A DNA stretch of 64,000 nt, taken from the NCBI GenBank assembly GCA_029261135.1, contig JAJDBX010000005.1, forward strand, positions 2,231 to 66,230. Reading direction: 5' to 3'. The notes under the pieces are model-generated. The model was given only the letters and a program-made list of their open reading frames with translations. It made no database searches and was not told the origin of the DNA. Positions 49,817 to 60,010 of this stretch are shown piece by piece. Origin of the DNA: Nitrospirota bacterium (GTDB taxonomy: Bacteria > Nitrospirota > Nitrospiria > SBBL01 > JAADHI01). Numbering within the stretch: the stretch's first letter is position 1; each line of letters begins with the position of its first letter. The translations under genes were made by a program, and so were the position numbers.

Positions 49817-50998
49817 CTATTCTATTCTGCCGAATTCCTTCACCACTTCAAAAACCACATTGGCTGTTTGGGCCATTTCTGAGAGGCTGACCCATTCTCG
49901 GACGGTATGGATTTGGTGCATACCCGTCCCAAGGTTAGGGACGGCGATGCCTCTTTCGTTTAAAATATTTGCATCGCAGCCGCCGCCTGTTGCATTTGTT
50001 TGCACCTTGTAGCCGCATCTTTCTGCGGCTTGGAGTACCGCTTCCACAATGGGTGAATTCTCAGGAAGATTGATCGGGTTGTAATCCCGCCAAATTTTTT
50101 CTTCGATTCGTCCGGTGACCCGCTTGCCGCTGACATCGATTGAAAACTTTTCAAGCGCCTCCTGAAAGCAGGCGCGCATATGATCAGTTTGTCTTTTTAA
50201 TTTTTCAATGCTGTGACTCCTGGATTCGGCCCGCACCCTTACCGTTTTTGGCACAATATTGACGGCAGCACCACCCTCGATGAGCCCGATATTCGCAGTC
50301 GTCTCAGAATCAATTCGTCCGAGAGACATGCGGCTAATGGCTTCTGCGGCAATTTGAATCGCAGAAATCCCTTCTTCAGGGCAAACCCCTGCGTGCGCTT
50401 CAATACCATGAACTGTAAACTCATGCCGATCAGAGGCCGGAGATTGCGTGAAAAGGAAATCAGCGTTGTCACAGTCGAGTACAATGCCAAATTTTGAATG
50501 GAGTTGTGAGATATCGAGGTGTTTCACCCCGACAAGTCCGTATTCTTCACAGATGGTCAACACCACTTCAATTTCTCCATGTGGCATTTCTTGTGCTGTA
50601 AGTGTCCTTAAAACTTCAATAATGATGGCAATACCTGACTTATCATCGCCACCCAAGATCGTCGTTCCGTCGCTACGAATAATATCCCCTTCACAGATGG
50701 GTTTGATCCCTTCACCGGGGACAACCGTATCCATATGTGCTGAAAGCAGGATAGGCTGCCGCCTTGGGTCGCTCGCCGGGATCCTCGCAATCATGTTCCC
50801 AACCTCTCCACCCACGGCTTCTCCGGCATCATCATAAATCACTTTCGCCCCGATGGCTTCGAGGTCTTTCTGAAGTGAAAGTGCGACAGCACCTTCTTTT
50901 TTGGAAATACTGTCGATTTGAACCAAAGACAAAAAATGATCTTTCATTCGCTGTATGTTCAATATGGACAGATCTATATTTAGGGTAGATTGAGTCAA
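49817..50998 (-). CDS. M20 family peptidase T-like metallopeptidase
   Basis: AHMDTV, LGGDDKSG, CEEYGL, HAGVCPEEG, GGGCDAN, IHTVRE. Confidence 0.92.
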   Translation of the reverse strand: MTQSTLNIDLSILNIQRMKDHFLSLVQIDSISKKEGAVALSLQKDLEAIGAKVIYDDAGEAVGGEVGNMIARIPASDPRRQPILLSAHMDTVVPGEGIKPICEGDIIRSDGTTILGGDDKSGIAIIIEVLRTLTAQEMPHGEIEVVLTICEEYGLVGVKHLDISQLHSKFGIVLDCDNADFLFTQSPASDRHEFTVHGIEAHAGVCPEEGISAIQIAAEAISRMSLGRIDSETTANIGLIEGGAAVNIVPKTVRVRAESRSHSIEKLKRQTDHMRACFQEALEKFSIDVSGKRVTGRIEEKIWRDYNPINLPENSPIVEAVLQAAERCGYKVQTNATGGGCDANILNERGIAVPNLGTGMHQIHTVREWVSLSEMAQTANVVFEVVKEFGRIE

Positions 50999-51981
50999 CT
51001 CACACTCCCATCTTCATCCTGGCGCTTGAGGTGAGATAGAACGGCTTCAATCACAGTTTCGGGATGGAGACGGCTAAATTGGCTCTTGCCTTCTTTATCT
51101 GTATATTTAAGTACAGAGGTCATCGCACGTCCGGGGTAATCTTCGGCCAACCAAAGACCACTGGGATTGGATTCCGCTCTGTTGAGGACTTCCGCAAGGT
51201 TTTTCATCGGAATTTTCATAATCTGAGGACGGGTCACCGTCTCCGCCCAGGCATAATAACGATATTCCAACTCATAAGCATAACCGCCACCGGTGTGCTC
51301 TCGATCTTCAACCACAAGAAAAAGATCGCCTTCGCAATAATGATCAATGGCTTGCCGGGCAGGACGTTTTTCATCAATAATCACAGAGAGCCTTTCATCT
51401 TCGTGTTCTTCGACCCCGATAATGCCTTTTTCAAAGAGCGCCATCGAATGCAGAATTCTCTCAAAATTTGCTTGCCATAAAGGGCGATATCGGTCTTTAT
51501 TTTTGAAGAGATCGGGGACAACAGGCAGAATATATTTATAGTAGGCGGCCTCCAGAGGCCCATCATAGGAGGTGATCTTTCCAGCGAAAGGACTTTCATT
51601 ATGATGGCAAAGCGCATGAATGAGCAAGTTCAGCTGAACCCCTTCTTCAGAAGAAAAGGCGGAAAAATCACCTGCTTCAGCCGCTGAAATCATGCGGCCT
51701 GCCAATGGCTCTGCTTTTTTGGGATTAAGCAAGGCCCAGATCGATAAAAGCCCATCTGTGTCAAAATGATTATTGGTAATAATGCGATACTGAGGAAAAA
51801 GGTCTTTGCGTTTTGGGTGGCAAAGATAACGAAAAACGATCTCAGTTGCGGTATCCGCCTTAAAAGGGACGGGCGTTTGATTCCCTCTCCAATGACTGAG
51901 GTGCGCGCTGTTAGGGACAAGACCATCGACTGAGATCTTGTCGACATCTTTCATCGCATTTTCATAAAAATAGAAGACCAT
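50995..51981 (-). CDS. DHH-like hypothetical protein (DUF6687-like)
   Basis: SVDG, LSHWRGNQTP, ADTATEI, NNHFDTDGLLSIWALLNP, AEAGDF. Confidence 0.65.
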   Translation of the reverse strand: MVFYFYENAMKDVDKISVDGLVPNSAHLSHWRGNQTPVPFKADTATEIVFRYLCHPKRKDLFPQYRIITNNHFDTDGLLSIWALLNPKKAEPLAGRMISAAEAGDFSAFSSEEGVQLNLLIHALCHHNESPFAGKITSYDGPLEAAYYKYILPVVPDLFKNKDRYRPLWQANFERILHSMALFEKGIIGVEEHEDERLSVIIDEKRPARQAIDHYCEGDLFLVVEDREHTGGGYAYELEYRYYAWAETVTRPQIMKIPMKNLAEVLNRAESNPSGLWLAEDYPGRAMTSVLKYTDKEGKSQFSRLHPETVIEAVLSHLKRQDEDGSVS

Positions 51982-52183
51982 TGTGTAAAAAATCCGATGA
52001 ACTATTTTGCTTTTCGAAGATCCTCTTCTAGCTAGTTCCTAGAGTGGTCATGAGCTGTCCTTAAACCGCCCCACTATATCAAATATACAAATTCAATTCA
52101 AAAAAAGGTAGTGTCTCAGTTTGAAAAAGGGCCGTATTTAAAAACCTTCTGGAAAATAGTATAATGTACTCGGAGGTTATTAG

Positions 52184-52411
52184 ATGCCAAAAGGCCCAAA
52201 AGGTCAAAAAAGACCCGCCGATGTTGTTGGTTGTGCCGTTATGGTTGCCAAGATAGCGACGGGCGAAGAAGAAGAAACAAAGGAAAAGTCCGGTCGTGTC
52301 CGTTCGGGCAAAGCCGGAGCAGAAGCACGTAAGAAATCCCTCACCCCAGAAGAACGATCCCAAATTGCCAGAAAAGCGGCTAAAGCGCGGTGGAAAAAAA
52401 ATAAAGTTTAA
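52184..52411 (+). CDS. Small basic IS-associated protein
   Basis: MPKGPKGQKRPADV...LTPEERSQIARKAAKARW; SD GGAGG and TATAAT upstream, just inside the left TIR. Confidence 0.8.
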   Translation: MPKGPKGQKRPADVVGCAVMVAKIATGEEEETKEKSGRVRSGKAGAEARKKSLTPEERSQIARKAAKARWKKNKV

Positions 52412-52719
52412 TATTTCCCCTTAAATTCCTCATATAAATCTAATTGCTGTTGTAACACTTCTATAAATTTAGGCATACGATCTGGGGTTATAATAACGCT
52501 TCCAACACAATCCGCTGTTACTACCGGATTATCATTGAACTTGTCTTTGTCGTTTTCCTCAATGAGAATCGGACGCTGAATCTCAAAAAATGAAACTTTA
52601 AATTCTGACTCAATGATCTGCACAACCATATTAGTGGCAAACCTTGTTATAATGCCTTCTGGAATATTGTATTTCATTGACGGTTCTGGTCTTTCTTTTA
52701 CTTTCTTCTCTTTTGACAT
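52408..52719 (-). CDS. DUF3467-like protein
   Basis: FATNMVVQ..EFKVSFF...VGSVIITPDRMPKFIEVLQQQLDLYE pattern; SD AGAGGA. Confidence 0.6.
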   Translation of the reverse strand: MSKEKKVKERPEPSMKYNIPEGIITRFATNMVVQIIESEFKVSFFEIQRPILIEENDKDKFNDNPVVTADCVGSVIITPDRMPKFIEVLQQQLDLYEEFKGKY

Positions 52720-52771
52720 TGCTTTAAGTCCTCTGCAAACGTTTGAGGGTCGGTCATGGCCAGGTTCCGCC

Positions 52772-53308
52772 TTATGCTGCTACGGCTTTTGGCCCTTCCT
52801 TATGTGGGTTGCTTCCGCCAAAAATAGGATAATAGGGTCTTTCTAGCTCTTTCCCTGCATGTCCGTCTTGAGCGTTGCTTAGTATTCTCACGAGATTTTC
52901 TTCGGTTTGCGTGTCCCCATTTTCAAGCATGACTTTTTTAGATTCATTAAATTTTTCTTCGTCAAAGCTTTTTACCTGTATGTCTTCGGGTGACAAGTTA
53001 ATCTCCCAGTTTATTAGTTCGCTGAATGGGGCAAATTTAACTACCAAGCCAACATCAAAAACGGACGCAAATTCTTGAAGAGTAGCAAGAGAAAATTTAG
53101 AGTAATTTGGATTTTCAATCTTTGATATCCATGCCTGTGTTTTGCCTGATTTTTCCCCTAATTCTCTTTGGGTCAATTTCTCTTTTTTTCTAAGGGCTTG
53201 TAGTTGAAAAGGAATGGCATTATTAATATGTTCTAAAACAAAAGCATCTCTATATTCTTTATTTTTCAATTTTCTAATCAATTTCTTTTTACGCGTATCA
53301 GAAGTCAT
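52772..53308 (-). CDS. XRE-family HTH antitoxin-like protein with a C-terminal extension
   Basis: LRKKEKLTQRELGEKSGKTQAWISKIEN HTH; overlaps the upstream toxin stop. Confidence 0.85.
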   Translation of the reverse strand: MTSDTRKKKLIRKLKNKEYRDAFVLEHINNAIPFQLQALRKKEKLTQRELGEKSGKTQAWISKIENPNYSKFSLATLQEFASVFDVGLVVKFAPFSELINWEINLSPEDIQVKSFDEEKFNESKKVMLENGDTQTEENLVRILSNAQDGHAGKELERPYYPIFGGSNPHKEGPKAVAA

Positions 53309-53675
53309 CGAGATACCCCCTATCCTTATTTATCAAATCCATTCTATTAACGGCTAACTTTGGCGCATTTTTTGGATCTAATTTATCACCATGCTCTTCT
53401 GCACCAACAAGCAATGTGAACTCTCTTGGCCCAGGGCCGAAAAACCCTAAAGGTCGATATTGAGTGTTTTTATGTATAACCTTTATTTCATAAAGTTTTT
53501 TATGACTTTTGTATTTTCTTGCATAATTCATAGGCCAACGGAGTGTTACTTCTAAGTATGAAACTCTTCTCTCTATAGCGGCTCTACCTGACACGGGCAA
53601 TGAATTAAGCCATTTTTCTATCTCACTGTGTAGATTATTTCTTTTTCTAAAGGTTTTAAATGTATAGTATCTCAT
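53298..53675 (-). CDS. RelE/HigB (Gp49-like) type II toxin
   Basis: IEKWLNSL...KLYEIKV...QYRPLGFF..FTLLVGAEE; basic 125-aa ORF directly upstream of the HTH gene. Confidence 0.75.
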   Translation of the reverse strand: MRYYTFKTFRKRNNLHSEIEKWLNSLPVSGRAAIERRVSYLEVTLRWPMNYARKYKSHKKLYEIKVIHKNTQYRPLGFFGPGPREFTLLVGAEEHGDKLDPKNAPKLAVNRMDLINKDRGYLDDF

Positions 53676-53679
53676 AATA

Positions 53680-53733
53680 ATATAATAATATTGTTATTTC
53701 TGCAAGGAAGATAATATATAATAATATTGTTAT
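53680..53733. repeat. Tandem 18-bp quasi-palindromic operator-like repeats
   Basis: ATATAATAATATTGTTAT at 53680-697 and 53716-733, immediately upstream of the toxin ATG. Confidence 0.65.
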
Positions 53734-53858
53734 ATCGCCGGATTAGTTTAAATAAACCGTTAGATTATAACAGAGGAAAGACATACATACTATCTGAAGA
53801 ACAGATTGTAGTGAACTTTATGCTTGGTATTTAGTGTCCACCATGTTAGATTAAGACC

Positions 53859-54716
53859 ATGAAAAAGTTGCAACTACATAAACGAACTCAAATCCTTCAC
53901 ATGTTAGTGGAAGGCTCCTCTATGAGATCAATTTCAAGAGTCGTCGGCGTATCAATCAACACGGTCACTAAACTCTTGGTGGATGCTGGCAAGGCTTGTG
54001 CGGCTTACCATGACAAACATGTGCGTAACGTGAAAGCTACACACGTTCAATGTGATGAGATTTGGTCATTCTGCTATTCAAAACAAAAAAATGTGGACTA
54101 CAACAAAAAAGACCAAGAAGGTGCCGGTGATGTCTGGACATGGACGGCCCTAGGTTCTGAAAACAAGATGATAATCTCTTGGTTGGTTGGTGGACGTGAT
54201 TCTGGTTATGCTCTTGAATTTATGGATGACCTAAAGAGTCGATTAGCAAACCGAGTGCAACTCACTACAGACGGGCACAAAGCCTATCTTGAAGCCGTAG
54301 AGGATGCTTTCGGTGCCGACGTAGACTACGCCATGCTGATCAAGCTCTATGGAGAACCAAGCGAAAAGGGAAACGAGAAAAGATATAGTCCGGCTGAATG
54401 GACAGGGTCAAAAAGAAAAACTATCTCAGGTCGTCCAGACTATGACTCAATCAGCACATCCCACGCTGAACGTCATAATTTAACCATGCGGATGAGCATG
54501 AGACGGTTTACGCGCCTGACAAATGCTTTCTCTAAAAAACTGGACAACCATTGTCACGCGCTGGCTCTATATTTTATCCACTATAATTTTGTTAGAATTC
54601 ATAAATCACTTAAAGTCACCCCTGCTATGGCATCCGGAGTTTCAAGCCGACTTTGGGATATGGAAGATATTGTGGATATCATTGATGAATATCAAATGAA
54701 AAGAAAATCAAACTGA
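53859..54716 (+). CDS. IS1-family DDE transposase
   Basis: N-terminal HTH (GSSMRSISR), [43 protein letters not shown]; stop codon lies within the right TIR. Confidence 0.92.
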   Translation: MKKLQLHKRTQILHMLVEGSSMRSISRVVGVSINTVTKLLVDAGKACAAYHDKHVRNVKATHVQCDEIWSFCYSKQKNVDYNKKDQEGAGDVWTWTALGSENKMIISWLVGGRDSGYALEFMDDLKSRLANRVQLTTDGHKAYLEAVEDAFGADVDYAMLIKLYGEPSEKGNEKRYSPAEWTGSKRKTISGRPDYDSISTSHAERHNLTMRMSMRRFTRLTNAFSKKLDNHCHALALYFIHYNFVRIHKSLKVTPAMASGVSSRLWDMEDIVDIIDEYQMKRKSN

Positions 54717-54770
54717 GACACTACCCAAAAAAATATTATTCCGTTCATTGACTTTGGCGTTAAAAACCAT

Positions 54771-54799
54771 TTGACAACTCAGGTTCTATTGAATATACT
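54771..54799 (+). promoter_or_regulatory. Sigma70 promoter upstream of rho
   Basis: TTGACA - 17 nt - TATACT. Confidence 0.7.
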
Positions 54800-55139
54800 G
54801 GGAGAAGCTACTAGTCAATTCCTATTTTAAATTTCAGGTATAATTCAATTATATATAGATAGCTATTCATCCAATAATTTCAACCGTTAGGGATGCCTCA
54901 CCCAGTTTACACCGATACTACCTTCAGAGCAGCCGTTTAGTCATACTTAAAACGATCAAATAAAAAAACTGATATGATCTTAGATTTAGATCTAACCTAT
55001 GGTTGACTCTTTTTTGTCTCATTTCGCAACGGAAGCACCAAGTGTTCTTAAAACATTAGGAACGAAGAAACCGTTTGCACAAACGCTTGCTTGTTTATTC
55101 AGCCAAGAGCAAGTTTGATATATTGATGGAGGAAAAAAG

Positions 55140-56387
55140 ATGCATCTTGCTGAATTAAAACAAAAAAGTATCTCTAATCTTTTCGACGTGGCAAAAGAGT
55201 TAAAAGTTGAAGGGGCCAGCAACCTTAGAAAACAAGAACTCATATTTGCGATCCTACAGGCACAGTCTGAAAAAAATGGAACAATTTATGGAGAAGGGGT
55301 TCTCGAAATCCTGCCAGATGGTTTTGGTTTCTTAAGGTCGCCCAATTACAATTACACCCCTGGTCCCGATGATATTTACATCTCTCCTTCCCAAATCAGA
55401 CGGTTTTCCCTTCGGACAGGAGACACCATTTCCGGACAAATTCGTCCCCCAAAGGAAACCGAACGCTATTTTGCCCTACTGAAAGTTGAAGAGGTCAACC
55501 ATGAAAGCCCAGATGTCGCAAAGGATAAAATCCTTTTTGATAACCTGACCCCGCTTTACCCCGAAGAGAAGCTTAAGCTGGAATACAATCGTGAAGATTA
55601 TTCGACACGTGTGATGGAACTCATTACCCCCATCGGGAAAGGGCAGCGCGGATTGATTGTGGCTTCTCCCCGAACAGGGAAGACCGTTCTACTGCAGTCG
55701 ATCGCAAAAGCGATCATGAAGAATCACCCCGAGGTCATGTTGATTGTGCTTTTGATTGACGAACGGCCTGAAGAAGTGACAGACATGCAGCGTCAAGTCA
55801 AAGGAGAGGTCGTCAGCTCGACCTTCGACGAGCCGGCACAGCGACATGTGCAAGTGGCCGAGATGGTACTGGAAAAGGCAAAGCGCCTTGTAGAGCACAA
55901 AAAAGATGTTGTGATTTTACTTGATTCCATTACACGTCTGGCACGTGCCTTTAATGCCGTGATTCCTTCAAGCGGGAAAGTCCTCTCAGGAGGCTTGGAT
56001 GCAAATGCCCTTCAACGACCAAAACGGTTTTTTGGTTCAGCCCGAAACATTGAAGATGGCGGCAGCTTAACGATTATGGCCACGGCCTTAGTCGATACAG
56101 GCAGTCGGATGGATGATGTGATCTTTGAGGAATTTAAGGGAACAGGTAACATGGAAGTCCATCTTGATCGTAAGCTGGCAGACCGCCGAATCTACCCCTC
56201 AATTGATATCTCCCTTTCAGGCACCCGAAAAGAAGAACTCTTGGTTGAAAAAGAAGTCCTGAATAAAATGTGGGTGTTAAGGAAGGTCTTGAGTCCGCTT
56301 TCCTCTATTGAATCGATGGAGTTTTTAATCGATAAGATCAAGGGGACGAAAACCAACAAAGAATTTTTAGAATCCATGAATCGATAA
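55140..56387 (+). CDS. rho: Transcription termination factor Rho
   Basis: [48 protein letters not shown]. Confidence 0.98.
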   Translation: MHLAELKQKSISNLFDVAKELKVEGASNLRKQELIFAILQAQSEKNGTIYGEGVLEILPDGFGFLRSPNYNYTPGPDDIYISPSQIRRFSLRTGDTISGQIRPPKETERYFALLKVEEVNHESPDVAKDKILFDNLTPLYPEEKLKLEYNREDYSTRVMELITPIGKGQRGLIVASPRTGKTVLLQSIAKAIMKNHPEVMLIVLLIDERPEEVTDMQRQVKGEVVSSTFDEPAQRHVQVAEMVLEKAKRLVEHKKDVVILLDSITRLARAFNAVIPSSGKVLSGGLDANALQRPKRFFGSARNIEDGGSLTIMATALVDTGSRMDDVIFEEFKGTGNMEVHLDRKLADRRIYPSIDISLSGTRKEELLVEKEVLNKMWVLRKVLSPLSSIESMEFLIDKIKGTKTNKEFLESMNR

Positions 56388-56453
56388 AACGGCTTGAATT
56401 TAGAGCATTCATTCGCTATCATAAGTCGCGTTTAATCACGAAAGGAACTATTT

Positions 56454-56666
56454 ATGAAAGAGGGGATACATCCAGAGGTTCATGAAATTGAAATTACATG
56501 TGCAACATGTGGTTCCGCATTGCCAACGCGGTCAACGGTTCCTTCGATTCGCCTCGAGGTTTGTGGTGCCTGTCATCCTTTTTTCACAGGAACCCAAAGG
56601 ATTATGGATACTGAAGGACGCGTCGAACGATTTAAGAAAAAATATCAAAAAGCCACAAAAAAATAG
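56454..56666 (+). CDS. rpmE: 50S ribosomal protein L31 (Zn-binding type)
   Basis: [27 protein letters not shown]. Confidence 0.96.
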   Translation: MKEGIHPEVHEIEITCATCGSALPTRSTVPSIRLEVCGACHPFFTGTQRIMDTEGRVERFKKKYQKATKK

Positions 56667-56685
56667 CTTATATTCTGGTGCATTT

Positions 56686-56711
56686 AAGCCTGCCTGTTGG
56701 CAGGTTTTTTT
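56686..56711 (+). terminator. Intrinsic terminator after rpmE
   Basis: AAGCCTGCC-TGTT-GGCAGGTTT followed by a T-run. Confidence 0.75.
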
Positions 56712-56770
56712 GTTTCTGGACTCTTTTTTTGTAGATTTTTTCCAAAAAAAAACCGATTCAGGGCAACCTT

Positions 56771-57847
56771 ATGTTTATTGAATTAGAATCCGCATACATC
56801 GAAAAGCTGGAAGAAGTGACTCAAAAATGTGAGACACTCAACCAACAGCTTTCAGATCCTGCTATTCTTTCAGATCCTAAAGAACAGATTCGTATTGCCA
56901 AGGAGCGGGCAGAACTCGATGAGACCCTAGAACTCTATGAAGTCTATAAAACCCTTGTAAAAGAGATTTCAGAAGCAGATGAACTGAGACAAGATAAAAA
57001 TTCAGATCCCGAATTTCAAGAACTGGCTGAATTAGAATGGATCGAACTTTCGGAAAAAAGCCAAAAACTCAGCGATGCCATCAAATCGATTCTCCGTCCC
57101 AAAAATCCTTACGAAGACCGAAACCTGTTCATTGAAGTCCGTGCAGGAACCGGTGGGGACGAAGCAGCTCTTTTTGTGGGAGACCTCATGCGCATGTATA
57201 CGAAGTATGCTGAGCTGCATCGATGGAAGGTCGAGATGATTAATTCGAGTGAAACAGGCATCGGAGGCTTTAAAGAGGTCACTTTATCCGTGAGTGGCAA
57301 AGGCGCCTATCGCCACCTGAAATATGAGAGTGGCGTCCATCGTGTTCAACGCGTGCCAAAAACAGAATCAAGCGGTCGTATTCATACCTCAACGGTGACG
57401 GTAGCTGTCATTATTGAAGCAGAAGAAGTCGATATTGAGATCAAGCAGGGCGATCTTCGGATTGATACCTATTGTGCTTCCGGCCCTGGGGGACAGGGTG
57501 TCAATACCACCTATTCCGCTGTACGGATTACCCATCTGCCCACAGGTGAAGTGGTCACCTGTCAAGATGAACGATCGCAGATTAAAAATAAGGCAAGAGC
57601 CATGCGGGTGTTGCGTTCCCGGCTTCTGGAAGTTGAACTGGCCCGGCAAGAACAAGTGATTGCAGATGATCGCCGCTCCAAAGTGGGAACGGGTGGCCGA
57701 AGTGAAAAAATTCGCACCTATAATTTCAAGGAAAATCGCGTGACGGATCACCGCATCAACCTCTCCCTCTACCAACTCGAAAAAATCCTTGAAGGTGAGA
57801 TCGATCCATTGATAGAGGGACTTGTGGCGGAAGGAGAAATGGTCTAA
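56771..57847 (+). CDS. prfA: Peptide chain release factor 1
   Basis: [12 protein letters not shown] specificity motif, [13 protein letters not shown]. Confidence 0.97.
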   Translation: MFIELESAYIEKLEEVTQKCETLNQQLSDPAILSDPKEQIRIAKERAELDETLELYEVYKTLVKEISEADELRQDKNSDPEFQELAELEWIELSEKSQKLSDAIKSILRPKNPYEDRNLFIEVRAGTGGDEAALFVGDLMRMYTKYAELHRWKVEMINSSETGIGGFKEVTLSVSGKGAYRHLKYESGVHRVQRVPKTESSGRIHTSTVTVAVIIEAEEVDIEIKQGDLRIDTYCASGPGGQGVNTTYSAVRITHLPTGEVVTCQDERSQIKNKARAMRVLRSRLLEVELARQEQVIADDRRSKVGTGGRSEKIRTYNFKENRVTDHRINLSLYQLEKILEGEIDPLIEGLVAEGEMV

Positions 57848-58761
57848 TGCAAACCACGCTTTTGTCCCAAACAGCTCGGTCTGTCTTTGCTTTGTTGGCA
57901 GAAGGCACTGTTTTTCTCCAATCGCATCAAATCGAAGCCGCTCGTTTAGAAGCAGAACACATCTTATCTGCCATACTCGATTGCAAACGACTCGATCTTT
58001 TCCTGTATCCAGAAAAAGAACTTTCTGAACAAACTTGTCACCGCTTTCGGGACGATTTAAAACGCCGAGCCGCTCATGAACCCCTCCAATACATTACCGG
58101 GGTCGTGGAATTTTGTGAGATGAGGCTTGATATTACAGAAGGTGTTTTCATCCCGAGGCCAGAAACAGAACTCATTGTTCAAGGGGCAGAGCAACTGACT
58201 TCGTCGCCACAACAAATACTCGATCTTTGTACGGGAAGCGGCGCATTGGCCATTGCATTATCTAAATCTTTTCCCTCAGCAAAAGTTCTTGCGGTAGATT
58301 GCTCCGAGCAAGCTTTGGCCATGGCCATGCAAAATGCAGAAAAACTAAATGTCGAAGAGAATGTGACTTTTCTGAAAGGGGATTTGTTTGCTCCCCTCTC
58401 AAAGACCATCTTTCCGGCGGAAAGGTTTAATCTCATTGTCTCTAATCCACCTTACATTTCGGAAGCAGATCGAGACAGTTTACCTCCCGAGGTGCGAGAC
58501 TATGAGCCTGAAATCGCCCTTTTCGCACAAGATGAAGGCCGGGCGTTTTATCGCCGCATTCTCTGCGAAGCCTCTTTATTTTTAGCCGACGAGGGGATGA
58601 TTTTATTGGAACTGGGTCATGGCCAATCTGAATGGCTCCGGGCTTTTGTAGAAAATGAAACAGATTATAACGTTTCCTTTATTCAGGATTGGACCGGGAT
58701 TGAGCGCATTGCGCGTCTTTCAAAAAAACCCCTTTTTATAAAATGGCTTGCCAATGGATAA
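57847..58761 (+). CDS. prmC: Release factor glutamine methyltransferase
   Basis: EPLQYI, IPRPETE, LDLCTGSG, SNPPY. Confidence 0.96.
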   Translation: MQTTLLSQTARSVFALLAEGTVFLQSHQIEAARLEAEHILSAILDCKRLDLFLYPEKELSEQTCHRFRDDLKRRAAHEPLQYITGVVEFCEMRLDITEGVFIPRPETELIVQGAEQLTSSPQQILDLCTGSGALAIALSKSFPSAKVLAVDCSEQALAMAMQNAEKLNVEENVTFLKGDLFAPLSKTIFPAERFNLIVSNPPYISEADRDSLPPEVRDYEPEIALFAQDEGRAFYRRILCEASLFLADEGMILLELGHGQSEWLRAFVENETDYNVSFIQDWTGIERIARLSKKPLFIKWLANG

Positions 58762-60010
58762 GATTGTCATCCAAGGCGGAAAGCCGCTTCGGGGAGAGAT
58801 GACGATCAGTGGCGCTAAAAATGCTGCGCTTCCTATTTTGGCCGCCACCTTACTTTCGCCTGAACCGCAGCACTTAAAAAATGTCCCCAAGCTCGTCGAT
58901 ATCACCACAATCAAACGGCTACTGGAAAAAATTGGTGCAAGCATTACCGAAGAAGATAATGGCTGCACAATTCAAATTAAAAACATCGAAAATAATGAGG
59001 CCCCCTATTCATGGGTCAAAACCATGCGCGCCACCATTCTCGTCTTAGGCCCTTTGTTGGCCCGATGCGGCGAAGCACATGTTTCTTTACCGGGAGGCTG
59101 TGCCATCGGTGCGCGTCCGATTCAACTTCATCTGACCGGACTCAAAAAAATGGGCGCAGAAATCACCATTGAACACGGGATGATTCATGCGAAGGCCGCA
59201 AAACTCAAAGGAGCGTCCATTTATTTAGAAGCCCCGACGGTTACCGGCACAGAAAACCTGATGATGGCGGCGACACTGGCAGAGGGCACCACGATATTAG
59301 AAAATGCCGCCTGCGAACCGGAAATTACCGACTTGGCCCATTATCTCAATGCTTGTGGGGCACAAATCATCGGAGCTGGCTCTGACCGGATTATCATTCA
59401 CGGGGTTCCGTCTCTTTCTGGGACGACTTACGAAGTGATGCCCGACCGAATTGAAGCAGGCACCTTCATGTTGGCCGCATCCATTACCTTAGGAGACCTC
59501 CATCTGAAAAATCTACGGCCTTCAGACATGGTCAGTATCATTGAGAAATTGCGTGAGATCGGCTCTAAAATTGTGGAAGAAAAAGATTCGCTCCGCGTGA
59601 TCGGGAAAGAAATTCATGCGGTTGACCTGAAAACCCTGCCCTATCCAGGACTACCCACCGACATGCAGGCACAGTTTATGGCGCTGATGAGCGTGGCGGA
59701 TGGCTCATCCGTGATTACAGAAACCATTTTTGAATCTCGATTTAATCACTGTGCGGAATTACGTCGCATGGGTGCACAAATCAAGGTCGAAGGAAATCAT
59801 GCGATGATCAAGGGGGTTCCTTATCTTTCAGGTGCACCCGTCATGGCCTCTGATCTTCGGGCAAGCGCTTCGTTGATTTTAGCCGGCTTGGTTGCACAGG
59901 ACGAAACAGAAGTTCTGCGGATTTATCATCTCGACCGGGGATATGAAGCGATTGAACAAAAGCTTTCTCAGGTTGGCGCTTCTATTCAACGGCTTAAAGG
60001 AACAGCATAA
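58754..60010 (+). CDS. murA: UDP-N-acetylglucosamine 1-carboxyvinyltransferase
   Basis: SGAKNAALP, LPGGCAIGARP, PDRIEAGT, DLRASA, HLDRGYE. Confidence 0.97.
   Translation: MDKIVIQGGKPLRGEMTISGAKNAALPILAATLLSPEPQHLKNVPKLVDITTIKRLLEKIGASITEEDNGCTIQIKNIENNEAPYSWVKTMRATILVLGPLLARCGEAHVSLPGGCAIGARPIQLHLTGLKKMGAEITIEHGMIHAKAAKLKGASIYLEAPTVTGTENLMMAATLAEGTTILENAACEPEITDLAHYLNACGAQIIGAGSDRIIIHGVPSLSGTTYEVMPDRIEAGTFMLAASITLGDLHLKNLRPSDMVSIIEKLREIGSKIVEEKDSLRVIGKEIHAVDLKTLPYPGLPTDMQAQFMALMSVADGSSVITETIFESRFNHCAELRRMGAQIKVEGNHAMIKGVPYLSGAPVMASDLRASASLILAGLVAQDETEVLRIYHLDRGYEAIEQKLSQVGASIQRLKGTA

Larger units (their letters stand above)
52107..54725. mobile_element. IS1-family cargo-carrying insertion element (2619 bp)
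   Basis: Perfect 18-bp TIRs GGTAGTGTCTCAGTTTGA (52107-124; 54708-725); 8-bp target duplication CAAAAAAA (52099-106; 54726-733); transposase plus four other ORFs. Confidence 0.95.
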
